Source: Gemmatimonadales bacterium (lineage in GTDB: Bacteria; Gemmatimonadota; Gemmatimonadetes; Gemmatimonadales; GWC2-71-9). Taken from it: DNA of 64,000 nucleotides. The translations under genes were made by a program, and so were the position numbers. The stretch spans positions 2,016,001 to 2,080,000 of the forward strand of contig OZ252244.1 of the NCBI GenBank assembly GCA_965249575.1. Reading direction: 5' to 3'. Shown one piece after another: positions 48,085-58,492 of this stretch; position 1 is the stretch's first letter; each line of letters starts with the position of its first letter. A model generated the notes under the pieces. It saw only the letters and a list, made by a program, of their open reading frames with translations, was not told the origin of the DNA and ran no database searches.

Positions 48085-49650
48085 ATGCGATTTGCCGCCG
48101 TTCTAACGATACTCCTCGTTGCCGGAGCCCGTCCGGTGGCGCCGCAGACTCCGGATACCCTGTCCCCGATCATTGACTCCATCGTCGTGATCACCCACGA
48201 CATCTTCGATGCCAGTGAAGCCAGTGGCAACTTCCTGTTCAAGCTGGCCAACGCCGTCCGGTTTCGCACGCGGCCGTCGGTGGTACGTCGAGAACTGCTC
48301 TTCGAAAAGGGAAGTCTGCTGGACTCGGCCAACGTGGCCGAAACCCTCCGGAATCTGCGTGAGCGTGGACTGTTTCGGTCGGTCTCACTCGATACCGTTC
48401 GTCATATGGGGCGCCTGGTCGTTCGCGTCGAAACCCGGGACGGCTGGAGCACGAATCTCGAGGCGAACGGTCGCTCGACCGGCGGTACGTTCACGTGGTC
48501 GACGGGGATTACCGAGCAGAACTTCCTCGGTAACGGCGATTTCGCTCGAGTCGCGTTCCGAAGCGATGTCGATCGCAAGGCATTAACGGCGCAGAGCATC
48601 ATTCGGCGGGTCGGTGGGAGCCGTGTGGACGTGAGCGGCTTTTATGACGACCTATCCGACGGCTACGTTGGCGGTTGGGGGGCCGGAAGCCCGTTTCGTT
48701 CGTTTTCCGATCGCCGATCGGCGATCGTGGCCGGGAGTGTGGCCAGGCGACGCATCTTGCAGTACCGCGACGGCCTGCGCGCGGACAGCCTTCAGCGCCG
48801 TGCCCTCCACAACGCCGCCGCGGTCGGCTTCGCGCCCATCGCCGGTCCCGGTGGCTACGTGCGCGTGGGAATACAGGCACAAGTGCGGCGGGAAGAATTC
48901 CTCGCCTGGGTCGATCGATCGCTGAGTGTTCCGGATACGGTCACCGGCGCAGTCGGTGTCTTTGCCGAATGGGCCCGGGCCCGCTTCAAGGTCGTCAAGC
49001 ACTACAACGGCTTCGACCGCGATGAAGATATCGATCTCAGCGCCCGCGCTTCCGTTGCGGCGTGGGTGGCCCCCTCGGCGTTCGGCTACTCCCGGTCCGG
49101 TATTGGACCGGTCGTCTTTGCACAGGCGGGACTCGACTTCGGCCGCGGCTTCGCGAAGGTGACGGCTAGGGGCAATGGTCTGTTCAACGCGGCCGGACTG
49201 GACTCGGGTCGGGTCTGGGTTGGCCTGACCGTGGGCTCGCAGCCGTTTCGGAAGCAGGCAACGGTGCTTCACGTCCAGGCCGGGGCCATGGACGGTATCC
49301 CAGCCGGCCTCGAGTTCGACCTGGGCCATGGTGTGGGTCCGCGGTCGTTCTCTCCGCACGCGTTTACGGGCAACCGGATGGCGTGGGGGCTGCTCGAGCA
49401 TCGCGCCTTCCTGGTCGACGAGGTACTCGGCTTGCTGGGTCTGGGCTTCGCCGGTTTTCTCGACTACGGGGGCGCGTGGTTTTCCGACCAGCCAGCACGC
49501 GCAGGCGGCAACGTGGGGGTAGGGCTGCGACTGGGGGCTACCAGGTCGACTGGCACCAACGTGGGGCGGTTCGATCTGGCCTATCGGTTCGGGGAGGGAC
49601 GGACGGGGAAACGCTGGGTGTTCAGCTTCGGTCGAAGCTACACATTCTAG
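48085..49650 (+). CDS. Omp85/BamA-TamA family outer-membrane protein (one POTRA + barrel)
   Basis: Signal peptide, TRPSVVRRELLF...ETLRNLR POTRA, EQNFLG, FLDYGGAW, terminal YTF. Confidence 0.82.
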   Translation: MRFAAVLTILLVAGARPVAPQTPDTLSPIIDSIVVITHDIFDASEASGNFLFKLANAVRFRTRPSVVRRELLFEKGSLLDSANVAETLRNLRERGLFRSVSLDTVRHMGRLVVRVETRDGWSTNLEANGRSTGGTFTWSTGITEQNFLGNGDFARVAFRSDVDRKALTAQSIIRRVGGSRVDVSGFYDDLSDGYVGGWGAGSPFRSFSDRRSAIVAGSVARRRILQYRDGLRADSLQRRALHNAAAVGFAPIAGPGGYVRVGIQAQVRREEFLAWVDRSLSVPDTVTGAVGVFAEWARARFKVVKHYNGFDRDEDIDLSARASVAAWVAPSAFGYSRSGIGPVVFAQAGLDFGRGFAKVTARGNGLFNAAGLDSGRVWVGLTVGSQPFRKQATVLHVQAGAMDGIPAGLEFDLGHGVGPRSFSPHAFTGNRMAWGLLEHRAFLVDEVLGLLGLGFAGFLDYGGAWFSDQPARAGGNVGVGLRLGATRSTGTNVGRFDLAYRFGEGRTGKRWVFSFGRSYTF

Positions 49651-49658
49651 AGGCGCAG

Positions 49659-51185
49659 TCAGTCTGGCAATTTGAGCGCGATGTGCTTGGCCTTGAGCAT
49701 TGACTCGAACCCGGCCTTGTCCACCGCTTTCATATAGGCTTCGGCGGGGTCAACGACTCGTTTATCGACTAGTTCCATGAGGGAGTCGTTGAGGGTAGAC
49801 ATGCCGATCTTCTTGTTGGTTTGAAGGGTGGACGGGAGTTGGTGCGTTTTGCCTTCCCTGATGAGGTTCGACACCGCGCCAATCGAGAGAAGGATCTCAC
49901 GTGCGGGCACCCGGCCGCCTCCCGTCTTCTTCAACAGCACCTGCGCGATCACCCCCTTGAGCGATTCAGATAGCATGACGCGGATCTGGGCCTGCCGGTC
50001 GGCGGGGAACTGGTCGATGATCCGATCGACGGTGCTGACGGCCGTCGTTGTGTGGCGCGTTCCGAAGACGAGGTGACCGGTCTCCGCGGTCTCGATGGCG
50101 ATCGAGACCGTCTCCAGGTCCCGCATCTCCCCGATCAGAATGATGTCCGGGTCTTCTCTAAGCGCCGCGCGCAACGCGCGCTTGAACGACTGCGTGTGGC
50201 TTCCGACCTGACGCTGCGTGACGACGCATTTCTTGTTTTGATGGACGAACTCGATTGGGTCCTCGATGGTGATGATGTGATCCGTCCGGGTGCGATTGAT
50301 CAGGTCGATCATCGCTGCAAGGGTGGTCGACTTGCCGCTGCCCGTTGGACCGGTCACCACAACGAGGCCCTTGGTGAGATAGCAGAGCTTCTGAACTTCG
50401 GGAGACAGGTTGAGATCGTCTGCCGTGAGAATGTCGGTCGGTATGACCCGAAATACGGCGGCCGGGCCCATGCGGTCACGCAAGGCGTTTACTCGAAACC
50501 GCGCGACATCGACGATCTCGTATGCGAAGTCGGTGTCGTTGGTCTCGGCGAACTCCGACCGGTTCCGCTCCGGCATGATCGAGACGATCATCGACTCGAT
50601 GTCTTCCCGGCTCAGGGTGGATTCCCCCTCCTGTCGAATCAGCTCGCCGTGGGTGCGGTACATGGGTGGAAGCCCAACGCGCATGTGGAGGTCGGAGGAG
50701 CTCGAATCCACAAGGCGGCGGAGCAGATCCTGCACACGCTCTTCGGCCTGTGCCGCGTCGCCCGCCCGCTGCGGGCTGGGCGGATCTGCGGTTGTCGTCG
50801 ACGGGTGGCTCGCGGTCTGCGCCGGCGCGTCCATCAACAGCGCTTCGGCCGGCCGCGAAATCGGAGCCGTCGAGCGTCGCGGTTTTGCCGGTGAGAGCAT
50901 GGCGCTTACCTGTTGACCCGATCGATCCGTCTCGACGTCAACGCGGTTGCCGTTGGCGATGTATCCGAAGGCGAGCCGGCCGTCTTCACCCTCGAACTGC
51001 TGGTGCATCCCCTCCGGCATGATTTCCTTGATGAGGGCCATGACCTTGCCGGGGGGAATCGGCTCCCGCGTTGCCGGGCGCGCCGCTCCGTTCACCTCGA
51101 GGGTGACCGGCTGGTTCGACGCAAGGCGAACCGCCGTGCCGTCCTTCTCGAACATGAGCTGGATGAATCGATCGAGTGTCGCCAT
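49659..51185 (-). CDS. pilT: PilT/PilU retraction ATPase with N-terminal extension
   Basis: SDLHM, GPTGSGKSTT, EDPIE, ALREDPD, AETGHLV. Confidence 0.92.
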   Translation of the reverse strand: MATLDRFIQLMFEKDGTAVRLASNQPVTLEVNGAARPATREPIPPGKVMALIKEIMPEGMHQQFEGEDGRLAFGYIANGNRVDVETDRSGQQVSAMLSPAKPRRSTAPISRPAEALLMDAPAQTASHPSTTTADPPSPQRAGDAAQAEERVQDLLRRLVDSSSSDLHMRVGLPPMYRTHGELIRQEGESTLSREDIESMIVSIMPERNRSEFAETNDTDFAYEIVDVARFRVNALRDRMGPAAVFRVIPTDILTADDLNLSPEVQKLCYLTKGLVVVTGPTGSGKSTTLAAMIDLINRTRTDHIITIEDPIEFVHQNKKCVVTQRQVGSHTQSFKRALRAALREDPDIILIGEMRDLETVSIAIETAETGHLVFGTRHTTTAVSTVDRIIDQFPADRQAQIRVMLSESLKGVIAQVLLKKTGGGRVPAREILLSIGAVSNLIREGKTHQLPSTLQTNKKIGMSTLNDSLMELVDKRVVDPAEAYMKAVDKAGFESMLKAKHIALKLPD

Positions 51186-51358
51186 GTCGCCTGAATCTAA
51201 GAGTGTTCAGGATAGTCGGATAGAGCGTTTTGCCAGCAAAAGCAATGCCGGTGGTTGGGTTCGCACGCACCGCTCGGCTACCAACGTGCCCTGTGGGCGA
51301 GTGCGGCTCGATGGGCGATTTGGTAGGGTCGCCCGGGCGATCAGGGCCCGAGCGTCGG

Positions 51359-51830
51359 CTAGAGGTGCCGCCCGAGAGCAACCAGGGTCTCCGTCCCGCC
51401 GCTCGACGAGTACGTGATGATTCCTTCCCGGTCGACGAGATATACCAAGGGCGCGTGGGTGATCTCGCCAGTCGACGCGTTGCGTGCGCGCCCCACCGCC
51501 CACCGGTCGAGAGCGGCCGTGACTTCTTGCACCGACCGCTCAACGCATGGCCGTTCCGGCGGTCGAGCCCCCAGTGTCGGGCGGGCGTATCTCGCCACGA
51601 ATCGAGCGTGACCACCACGAGCACTGGGTCGAGATCGGCGAGGACCTCTTGTCGCGAACGGCCTCGCAGTGTGCGAATGCGAAAGTCACCATCGCGGGCC
51701 GGCCACGAAGATGGGCCAGCGTCAATGTATCGCCCCACTGATCGATCAGTCCGAGTTCGGGCGCCGGTCGAGACAGCCGCTCGGGTGCGCCAAGTCCAGG
51801 GGCTGCGCTGCGTTCGGACCTGGGGAGTGT
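51359..51830 (-). pseudogene. SCO1/SenC copper chaperone fragments
   Basis: APELGLIDQWG...VTFAFAHCEAV (CxxxC cut), VTLD.WRDTP, ITHAPLVYLVDREG spread over different frames. Confidence 0.65.
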
Positions 51831-51949
51831 GACCTGGCGGACGCGGTCGGCGGCGGCCCTCGCCCCCACGAGCCCGATCAGTCCCGCACCGGCAGGGCCA
51901 GCAGTCCGGGGGTGGCCCGTGTCATCGACCGCAGGGCCCCGCGCACGGC

Positions 51950-52521
51950 ATCTCCCGCGATCACAAGCGTGCGTTGGGTGCGGTATCTGCGCCGGTTCCT
52001 GCGCTCCCATGGGTGTTGGGCCGGTAGGGAGTAGCGGACGAGACCAGTTGGCGGCCGTCCGGGCCTTCGTCACCGGGGTACCGGAAGCTTCGAGAGACGT
52101 CGTTCTGGTAGCGTGTCGACGAGGCGCGGGCAATGCGGCCCGCGAGGAGGCGTTTGACGGGGCTCCGGTGCTCGGAGTCGAGTGCGCGGGCCACCTTCAC
52201 ACATCGGTGGTCGAGTATCTCGTCCGGAGTGGGTTCGGAGGCGTGCTCATCGGGGCGTGCCCGCCCAGGGGTTGCTGGAGCCAGGAAGGGCCGAAATGGT
52301 TGGAACAACGGCTCTACCACGACCGCGAGGCGGAGCTCCAGGCTCGAGTCGATCGCCGGCGGATACGCGTGATCCACGGCGCGGTGGGAGAACGGGATCG
52401 CGTGCGGCGCGCGCTCCGCGACTACCGAGCCGACGTCGAGCGACTGGCCGCGTTGGAAGCCGAGAGCGACATCGACGTGTTGGGGGTCTGTGAGGCTACC
52501 GGCGAGGAGGTTGCGTCGTGA
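51950..52521 (+). pseudogene. C-terminal fragment of a 4Fe-4S + MvhD/FlpD-like domain protein
   Basis: CVGCGICAGSC; VECAGHLH...GVLIGACPPRGCW..EG; no plausible 5' end. Confidence 0.6.
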
Positions 52522-53039
52522 ACGTGGTTCGCGGCCTCCTCGGCGTCTTGCTCGCGCTCGGCACCACGATCGGTCTGGGCGCGCTGTCCCGGGCCCCGTA
52601 CGCGGCGCATTCCGCGGAGCAGGCCTTTGTGCGGTTGTCTTGGCGGTCAGCGGGCCGGTGGGTATCGGAGTGCCGCCCCCGCACGCAGGAAGAGGTCGCG
52701 CGCCTGCCGGTCCACATGAGGCGGGAAGAAGAGTGCGAACGCCGCCTACTGCCCCAGCACCTCGCCGTGAGACTCGACGGCGCGCCGGTGATCGCCGACA
52801 CCGTCCGGGCGGCGGGTGCGCTCGGGGATCGTCCGCTCTACGTCAACCGGGAGCTCAGGGTAGATCCGGGCACACACAGCCTCACCGTCGAGTTCCTTGG
52901 GGCGGGCGAGGTAGGTGACGCCAGTGCGTCGGCGGGGACCCGACTCGCCTTGGATACGGTGCTGACGCTGTCACCGCGGGAGATTACCGTGATCACCCTT
53001 TCACCCGACGGCACCGAGTTGGTCCTGATGGGACGCTGA
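52518..53039 (+). CDS. Membrane-anchored hypothetical protein
   Basis: GAGGAGG RBS, GTGA overlap, N-terminal TM. Confidence 0.7.
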   Translation: MNVVRGLLGVLLALGTTIGLGALSRAPYAAHSAEQAFVRLSWRSAGRWVSECRPRTQEEVARLPVHMRREEECERRLLPQHLAVRLDGAPVIADTVRAAGALGDRPLYVNRELRVDPGTHSLTVEFLGAGEVGDASASAGTRLALDTVLTLSPREITVITLSPDGTELVLMGR

Positions 53040-53058
53040 TACCGATAGGCGGGCGACT

Positions 53059-53468
53059 CTACGCCGAGTGCGGCAGGCCGGTCGCGAGCTCCTCGATGGT
53101 CGTATTCTGAAGAAAATCCGTAACGTCGGTCAGGAGTCGTTTCCAAGGCTCGTGGGCCGCACACGCCGTTCGGTCGCTGCATTCTCGCGCGCCCAGCAAG
53201 CAGCGACGTGTGTCGAGGTCATCGAACGCGACGACCACCTGGAACAGGGAAAGCGTTGCAGATGGAACGGCTAGCTCGAAGCCGCCGAGTTTCCCCGCGT
53301 TGACGTGAGCACCCGAGCGCGGGCGAGCAGGTGTAATGTCTTCGATAAGTAATTCCGCGGGAGGTCGAGCGTCGCCGCCATGTCGTTGACGCGGACGGGT
53401 CCTTCACCTTCATTTTGGGCGATGGAAAGCACGGCACGGAGGGCATATCCCGCGGTACGGGAGATCAT
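53059..53468 (-). CDS. Rrf2-family regulator, frameshifted near 53290
   Basis: MISRTAGYALRA...PRNYLSK.L..L...STRG then GGFELA...CLLG...C....C..H. Confidence 0.8.
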
Positions 53469-53595
53469 GTCCGGCTCCAGAGAGAACCAAGTCGGGCAAT
53501 TCTCATGATAATATGAGGATTAAGTGCTTGCTAGCCTGGGGTACTCCGGCCGACGTGCGGGAGCCACATCCGACCTTCATGCATAAACGACAGGG

Positions 53596-54156
53596 GTGCT
53601 CATGAGACGGTTTGAGGATGGTCTCGTTGGGATCTTGGCCGCGGTGGCCGTTCTTGCCCAGGCTCCAAGCGTCGCCGCGCAGCAGGCGGCGGGTGGGTGG
53701 CCGGAGGCTGATCCCTCGGATGTGGAGTCGATCGACGCGATCGTGAAGGCGACTTACGACGTGATTTCCGGAGGGATCGGCGAGCAGCGGAATTGGGATC
53801 GGTTCCGCTCGCTGTTCATTCCAGAAGCCAAGATCGTCTCATCGGGTCCAGCCGAGGGCAGCGGGTTCGGCTACCTGGTCTGGTCCATCGACGACTTCGT
53901 CAGCCGCGTCGACTCGAGCTTCATGGCGAACGGGTTCTTCGAGGTCGAGCTGACACGCAAGGTCGAGCGCTTCGGGCAAATCGCCCACCTGTTCAGCACA
54001 TATGGGTCGCGTCGCCTGCCAGACGACCCGGCGCCCTACCAGCGAGGTATCAACAGTTTTCAGCTGATGTGGGACGGGGATCGGTGGTGGATCATAAACA
54101 TCTTCTTCACGGGAGAGCGCGCGGACAATCCGATTCCAGAGACGTACCTGCCGTAA
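53596..54156 (+). CDS. Secreted NTF2-like protein
   Basis: Signal peptide; YDVISG..RNWDRFRSLF, FGQIAH.FSTY, RGINSFQL. Confidence 0.75.
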   Translation: MLMRRFEDGLVGILAAVAVLAQAPSVAAQQAAGGWPEADPSDVESIDAIVKATYDVISGGIGEQRNWDRFRSLFIPEAKIVSSGPAEGSGFGYLVWSIDDFVSRVDSSFMANGFFEVELTRKVERFGQIAHLFSTYGSRRLPDDPAPYQRGINSFQLMWDGDRWWIINIFFTGERADNPIPETYLP

Positions 54157-54293
54157 GGCGTTTGACGGGTGCGGATGCTGTTACCCCGCAGACCCGGATC
54201 GTCGCGTTACGGCGTCGGCTCGCAATCCCGACTGCTTCACTAGGAAAAACGACTTGAGGATAGCTGTGGCGCGTGCGAGTTTTGCTAGCCTGT

Positions 54294-54364
<71 letters not shown>

Positions 54365-54366
54365 TG

Positions 54367-54390
54367 GCCGCCCGCCCTCCGGCGGGCGGC
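54367..54390 (+). terminator. GC-rich hairpin directly after the tRNA
   Basis: GCCGCCCGCC-CTCC-GGCGGGCGGC perfect 10-bp stem, no U-tract. Confidence 0.45.
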
Positions 54391-54393
54391 GTC

Positions 54394-54585
54394 GGGTGCC
54401 GCGCGGCTGCGTCCCGGCCGCTCGTCGTGCGACTCGCGGCGACCGGAGCGACTCCGCCGAGACCTCTCCGACCGGAGCGGAATTTCACCTCCATCGCCAC
54501 ATCGGGTGGGTGCCGCCCGGCTCCCTCCCGGCCGCGCGTCATGCGACTCGCGTCGACGGGAGCGACTCCGCCTGAGACTCTGAGA
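54394..54585. repeat. Two imperfect ~75-bp direct repeats, 114 bp apart
   Basis: GGGTGCCGC..GGCT...TCCCGGCCGC.CGTC.TGCGACTCGCG.CGAC.GGAGCGACTCCGCC starting at 54394 and 54508. Confidence 0.85.
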
Positions 54586-54691
54586 CACCCCAACGAGCAC
54601 CCCCACCCCCATCACCGTCCCCGTGGGCCCGCGTGGAGATTGACCTCATTCCTGGAATGTGTTCAGAGGATTAGGGGGGCTATGCAGGCAG

Positions 54692-55234
54692 CTACACTGA
54701 ATCCAAACGCTGGAGCGTTCGTTCATGAAGGGCACGCAGCTCTGGTGGTGGCTCCGTCCCACTTTGAAGACACTTCTCAATCACCTGTCGATTGAGTTCC
54801 TCCTCCGATGTTCCGTACTCGGCGGCTCGTAACCTGAGCGCTCGGTACTCTTCCTTTCTGATGATCTTGTCGGCAGCAGCCATGTTGATTGACTCGTGAA
54901 GGACCTTTCTTCTTCCATGGTCGGAGAGAATCCCCAACCTGTCCACCATGCTCGAGGCCCTGTTTTCAACAAAGAGCTTTTCTGGCTCACTGAAGTTCTC
55001 GTCAATAGCAGCCATCAGGATTGCGGATTTGAGGATCTCTCTCTCAACGAGTACGCTATCGAGTTCCGAACTCGTCCACTCAAAGCCGCCGATCTTGATT
55101 GTCGCTGTGTCAAGTCGAGATGCGAGGGCGCTCACCGCCTTGTATAGCGGCTTGATGAACATGAGACAAAGGAGGAGCAACGTAATCGGCCACACGAGGG
55201 GCGTGATTAACTCGATGAAACCGGGGAAACTCAT
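54692..55234 (-). CDS. Membrane-anchored TerB-like protein
   Basis: GGAG RBS; N-terminal TM (PLVWPITLLLL); two TerB-type motifs MAAIDENFSEPE and MAAADKIIRKEE. Confidence 0.65.
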   Translation of the reverse strand: MSFPGFIELITPLVWPITLLLLCLMFIKPLYKAVSALASRLDTATIKIGGFEWTSSELDSVLVEREILKSAILMAAIDENFSEPEKLFVENRASSMVDRLGILSDHGRRKVLHESINMAAADKIIRKEEYRALRLRAAEYGTSEEELNRQVIEKCLQSGTEPPPELRALHERTLQRLDSV

Positions 55235-55481
55235 TCTTCAACTCCGTTAACCGATCGAAGGGTCGAGCACGGTGCGGGAAATCCCGCCTGGCAGCACCTG
55301 AAATGATGCAACTATTGAAGATGGAGCGGCGAGCTCTCGCAGCATCTGGCTAATGGGGGGCGGGGAAGACACGGCGCAATCGACGCTCTGAGGCCATTCT
55401 CCGCGAAAACGCTGGTAGGTCCCACCGCTCATCGGCGGCTTGCGCCCCGGGGATCCAATCCGCCCGGCACTTCATCCGACG

Positions 55482-55776
55482 TTACGGCAAGCTCGCCAGG
55501 ATCTTCCGATACTCGGTCTCGCCGAACGCACGCAGCGTTTCGCCCCGCACGTTACCCTGCGCACCGACCGACAGGATCAGTTTCGCCGCCGTCTGATCGT
55601 CGGGTGCATCCATGACGACCACGGCGTCATACGCTCCCATCGTCGAGTAAAACTCCTTGATCTCCCCACCCATCGATGCGAACGCCTTTTTGACTCCGTC
55701 GAGGCGTTTCGTGCCGTCCTTGATGTTCCGAATGCCCTGATCCGTGAATGTGGAGAAGCGAGATATACGTGGCCAT
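55482..55776 (-). CDS. GYD domain protein, frameshifted near 55752
   Basis: AGGAGG RBS; MATYISLL then FTDQGIRNIK...TMGAYD...GNVRGETLRAF. Confidence 0.8.
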
Positions 55777-55965
55777 GTCGGGTCCTCCTTTTTCTGGAAT
55801 CTCCAAGTTGAACGGCGGGACGCGCGCGTGCCAGTGGGCCGCCAGGTGCGACGTCCACCGTAATGGCCACGCCTCTTTTGCGCGGTTAGCTTCTCCGAGC
55901 GCCTTACTCAATTTGAGGCGCGCGGGGGGAAGCATCACCGCGTTCTCGTCACTATTGGATGCTCG

Positions 55966-57213
55966 ATGACCGACGCCGCCGAACAAACGTCGCTGCTCAG
56001 GCGTTACCGCCAGCTATCGCTTGGCGCCAAGATTCTTCTGTTCATGATCGCGGGCGTTGCGGTGGGACTCTTGGCTGGGGAGCGCGCCGTCGTCGTGGAG
56101 CCGCTGGGCGATCTCTTCATCCGCCTGCTCATGATGGCGGTCATCCCGCTCGTGTTCTTCAACCTGCTCGCCGGCATTACGAGCCTCGACAATCCGAGCG
56201 CACTGGGCCGCGTTGGGGGGAAGATCATCGCGTACTACCTGGCCACCACGACCATGGCGCTCGTGTTGGGGCTCACGGTCATGCATCTCCTTCGGCCCGG
56301 TGATGGGATGTCACTGCGGGAGGAAGTCGATGCCGAGTTCGGGCACGTGCCCGAGATCACCGATGTGTTCCTGGGGTTGGTTCCCGAGAACGTCTTCCAG
56401 GCGTTCGCGGCGGGCCAGGTCGCACAGGTCGTCGTGTTCGCCATCTTCCTCGGCGTCGCCACGCTGTTCTTGCCCGACCAGGCCCGCCAGCCGCTGCAAC
56501 GAGGCTACGGCGTGCTCGCCGAGGCCTTTCGTAAGTTGGTCGGATTGGTTCTCCACTTCGCACCCATCGGTATCGGGGCACTCGCGGCAGCCACGGTAGG
56601 GCGTTACGGCTCCTCGATTTTCGGCCCGCTCGGTCTGTTCGTTGTCGGGGTGTGGACGGCGCAGGCCGCGATGGTGCTCGTCTACATGACGCTCTTGGTG
56701 GTTTTCACCCGGCGCTCGCCGCTGGGCTTCTTGAGGCGCACGGGTCCGCTCTATGCGACAACGGCCGCCACATGCTCCAGTTTGGCGAGCCTGGCGGTGG
56801 CGCTCGACATCGCAGACAATCGCCTGGAGCTGCCGCGCAGCATTTTCTCGTTCACGCTGCCGTTGGGCGCACAGCTCAACAAGGACGGGACGGCGGTCAT
56901 GCTCGCGGGGATTCTCCTGTTCACGGCGCAGGCAGCGGGCGTAGAGTTCTCGCTCGCGTCCCAAGTTGTGATCGTATTGATCGGGCTGATACTGTCCGAG
57001 GGTTCAGGCGGCATCCCCGGTGGCGGGCTGGTTATCGCCCTCATCTTCGTGCAGGCGTTCAACCTTCCGCTCGAGATAGCGGCCATCGTGGGCGGCATTT
57101 ACCGGCTGATCGACATGGGGAGCACGACCGTCAACTGCATGGGCGACATGGTTGGCACGGTTATCGTCGCCGGTTCGGAAACCAAGCAGGCCGTCGCGAC
57201 GGCCGGAGACTGA
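55966..57213 (+). CDS. Dicarboxylate/amino acid:cation symporter (DAACS)
   Basis: FIRLLMM, TCSSLASL, LGAQLNKDGT, GIPGGG, RLIDM. Confidence 0.9.
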   Translation: MTDAAEQTSLLRRYRQLSLGAKILLFMIAGVAVGLLAGERAVVVEPLGDLFIRLLMMAVIPLVFFNLLAGITSLDNPSALGRVGGKIIAYYLATTTMALVLGLTVMHLLRPGDGMSLREEVDAEFGHVPEITDVFLGLVPENVFQAFAAGQVAQVVVFAIFLGVATLFLPDQARQPLQRGYGVLAEAFRKLVGLVLHFAPIGIGALAAATVGRYGSSIFGPLGLFVVGVWTAQAAMVLVYMTLLVVFTRRSPLGFLRRTGPLYATTAATCSSLASLAVALDIADNRLELPRSIFSFTLPLGAQLNKDGTAVMLAGILLFTAQAAGVEFSLASQVVIVLIGLILSEGSGGIPGGGLVIALIFVQAFNLPLEIAAIVGGIYRLIDMGSTTVNCMGDMVGTVIVAGSETKQAVATAGD

Positions 57214-57224
57214 GTTCGAGAATC

Positions 57225-58451
57225 ATGACGACCGGGCAGGAAATACGCGCGGATGCCCAGGCCTTTGCCGCCGTGCGTAAGCTATTCCCCGGGGCCGAGC
57301 GGAACATCTACATGAACGTCGCGGTTCGGGGGCTTTTGCCCACGCCCGTGCGAGCCGCGGTCGAGGAATACCTCGACCGGCACGTGGCCGGGGACATCGA
57401 CAAGCCGGCGATGTTCGCCACGGTGGAGCGCGCTCGGGAGCGGTTCGCGTCCATGGTCAACGCCACACCGGACGAGATCGCAATCGCCAAGAACTCTTCC
57501 GAAGCGCTGAACATGATCGCGGCCTCATTGCCATGGTCCCCGGGGGACAACCTCGTGTTGTGCCCGGAGCTCGAACATCCCAACAACGTGTATCCCTGGA
57601 TGAACGTTGGGGTGCGCTTCGGTGTCGACGTGCGGACCGTGGAGCCTGAGGACGGCCGGATCCCGATCGAGCGGATGATCGGCGCCATGGACGAACGCAC
57701 TCGCCTGGTCACCGTACCGACCGTCACGTTTTCCCCGGGCTTCGTGACGGCCGTGGAGCCGCTTGCGGCCGTGTGCCGTGAGCGCGGCGTGATCTCGGTC
57801 GTCGACGCGGCACAGTCCGTCGGAGTGCTCAATACGGATGTGAAGCAGATGGGCGTCGATGCACTGGCGGTCGCCACGCAGAAGGCGTTATGCGCGTTCT
57901 ACGGTATGGGCTTTCTCTTTTGCCGGAGGGACCTCGCGGATCAGATCACGCCCGCGTACTTGGCTCGCTTCGGAGTCGCGGTGGGGGCCGATGCCCACGA
58001 AACCGCCATGCATCAGGATGCCCTTCGCCTCGCCGACGGCGCCCGGCGGTTCGACCTGGGGAACTACAATTTCTTGGGGGCGACCGCGGCCAATTCGGCG
58101 CTCGGCCTCCTGCTCGATATCGGCACTCGAGACATCGAATCCCATGTCCGGTCGCTTTCGGCTCGGCTGGCGACGGGCCTGCTCGGCATTGGCCTACCGG
58201 TGGTTGGTGGCGAGCCCGGCCCCGACCTCGGTCATATCGTGGCTGTGGGAGTGAGCGGCGCCGGCCGGCACGACACCGTCGATGATCCCGAGATGAATAG
58301 CTTGTCCGAGTACTTGCTCGCTCACGGTGTGCGCTTCGCCATCAGGCGAGGCGTACTCCGGTTCTCGCTACACGTCTACAATAATCGGGGCGACGTCGAC
58401 GCGCTCCTAGCGCTGGCGGAGGAATGGCTGCGGTCGAGGTCTGCCCGCTGA
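57225..58451 (+). CDS. Class V PLP-dependent aminotransferase/desulfurase-like enzyme
   Basis: YMNVA, EHPNN, DAAQSVG, TQKAL (PLP Lys), RFSLHVYN; ATG at 57225. Confidence 0.88.
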   Translation: MTTGQEIRADAQAFAAVRKLFPGAERNIYMNVAVRGLLPTPVRAAVEEYLDRHVAGDIDKPAMFATVERARERFASMVNATPDEIAIAKNSSEALNMIAASLPWSPGDNLVLCPELEHPNNVYPWMNVGVRFGVDVRTVEPEDGRIPIERMIGAMDERTRLVTVPTVTFSPGFVTAVEPLAAVCRERGVISVVDAAQSVGVLNTDVKQMGVDALAVATQKALCAFYGMGFLFCRRDLADQITPAYLARFGVAVGADAHETAMHQDALRLADGARRFDLGNYNFLGATAANSALGLLLDIGTRDIESHVRSLSARLATGLLGIGLPVVGGEPGPDLGHIVAVGVSGAGRHDTVDDPEMNSLSEYLLAHGVRFAIRRGVLRFSLHVYNNRGDVDALLALAEEWLRSRSAR

Positions 58452-58492
58452 GCGTAGACAGTCGGCGCTTTACGATCGGTACCCCGGCGGAT

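Noticed and set aside
54394..54590. CRISPR array
   Set aside because: Only two long degenerate units, no unique-spacer pattern and no cas genes
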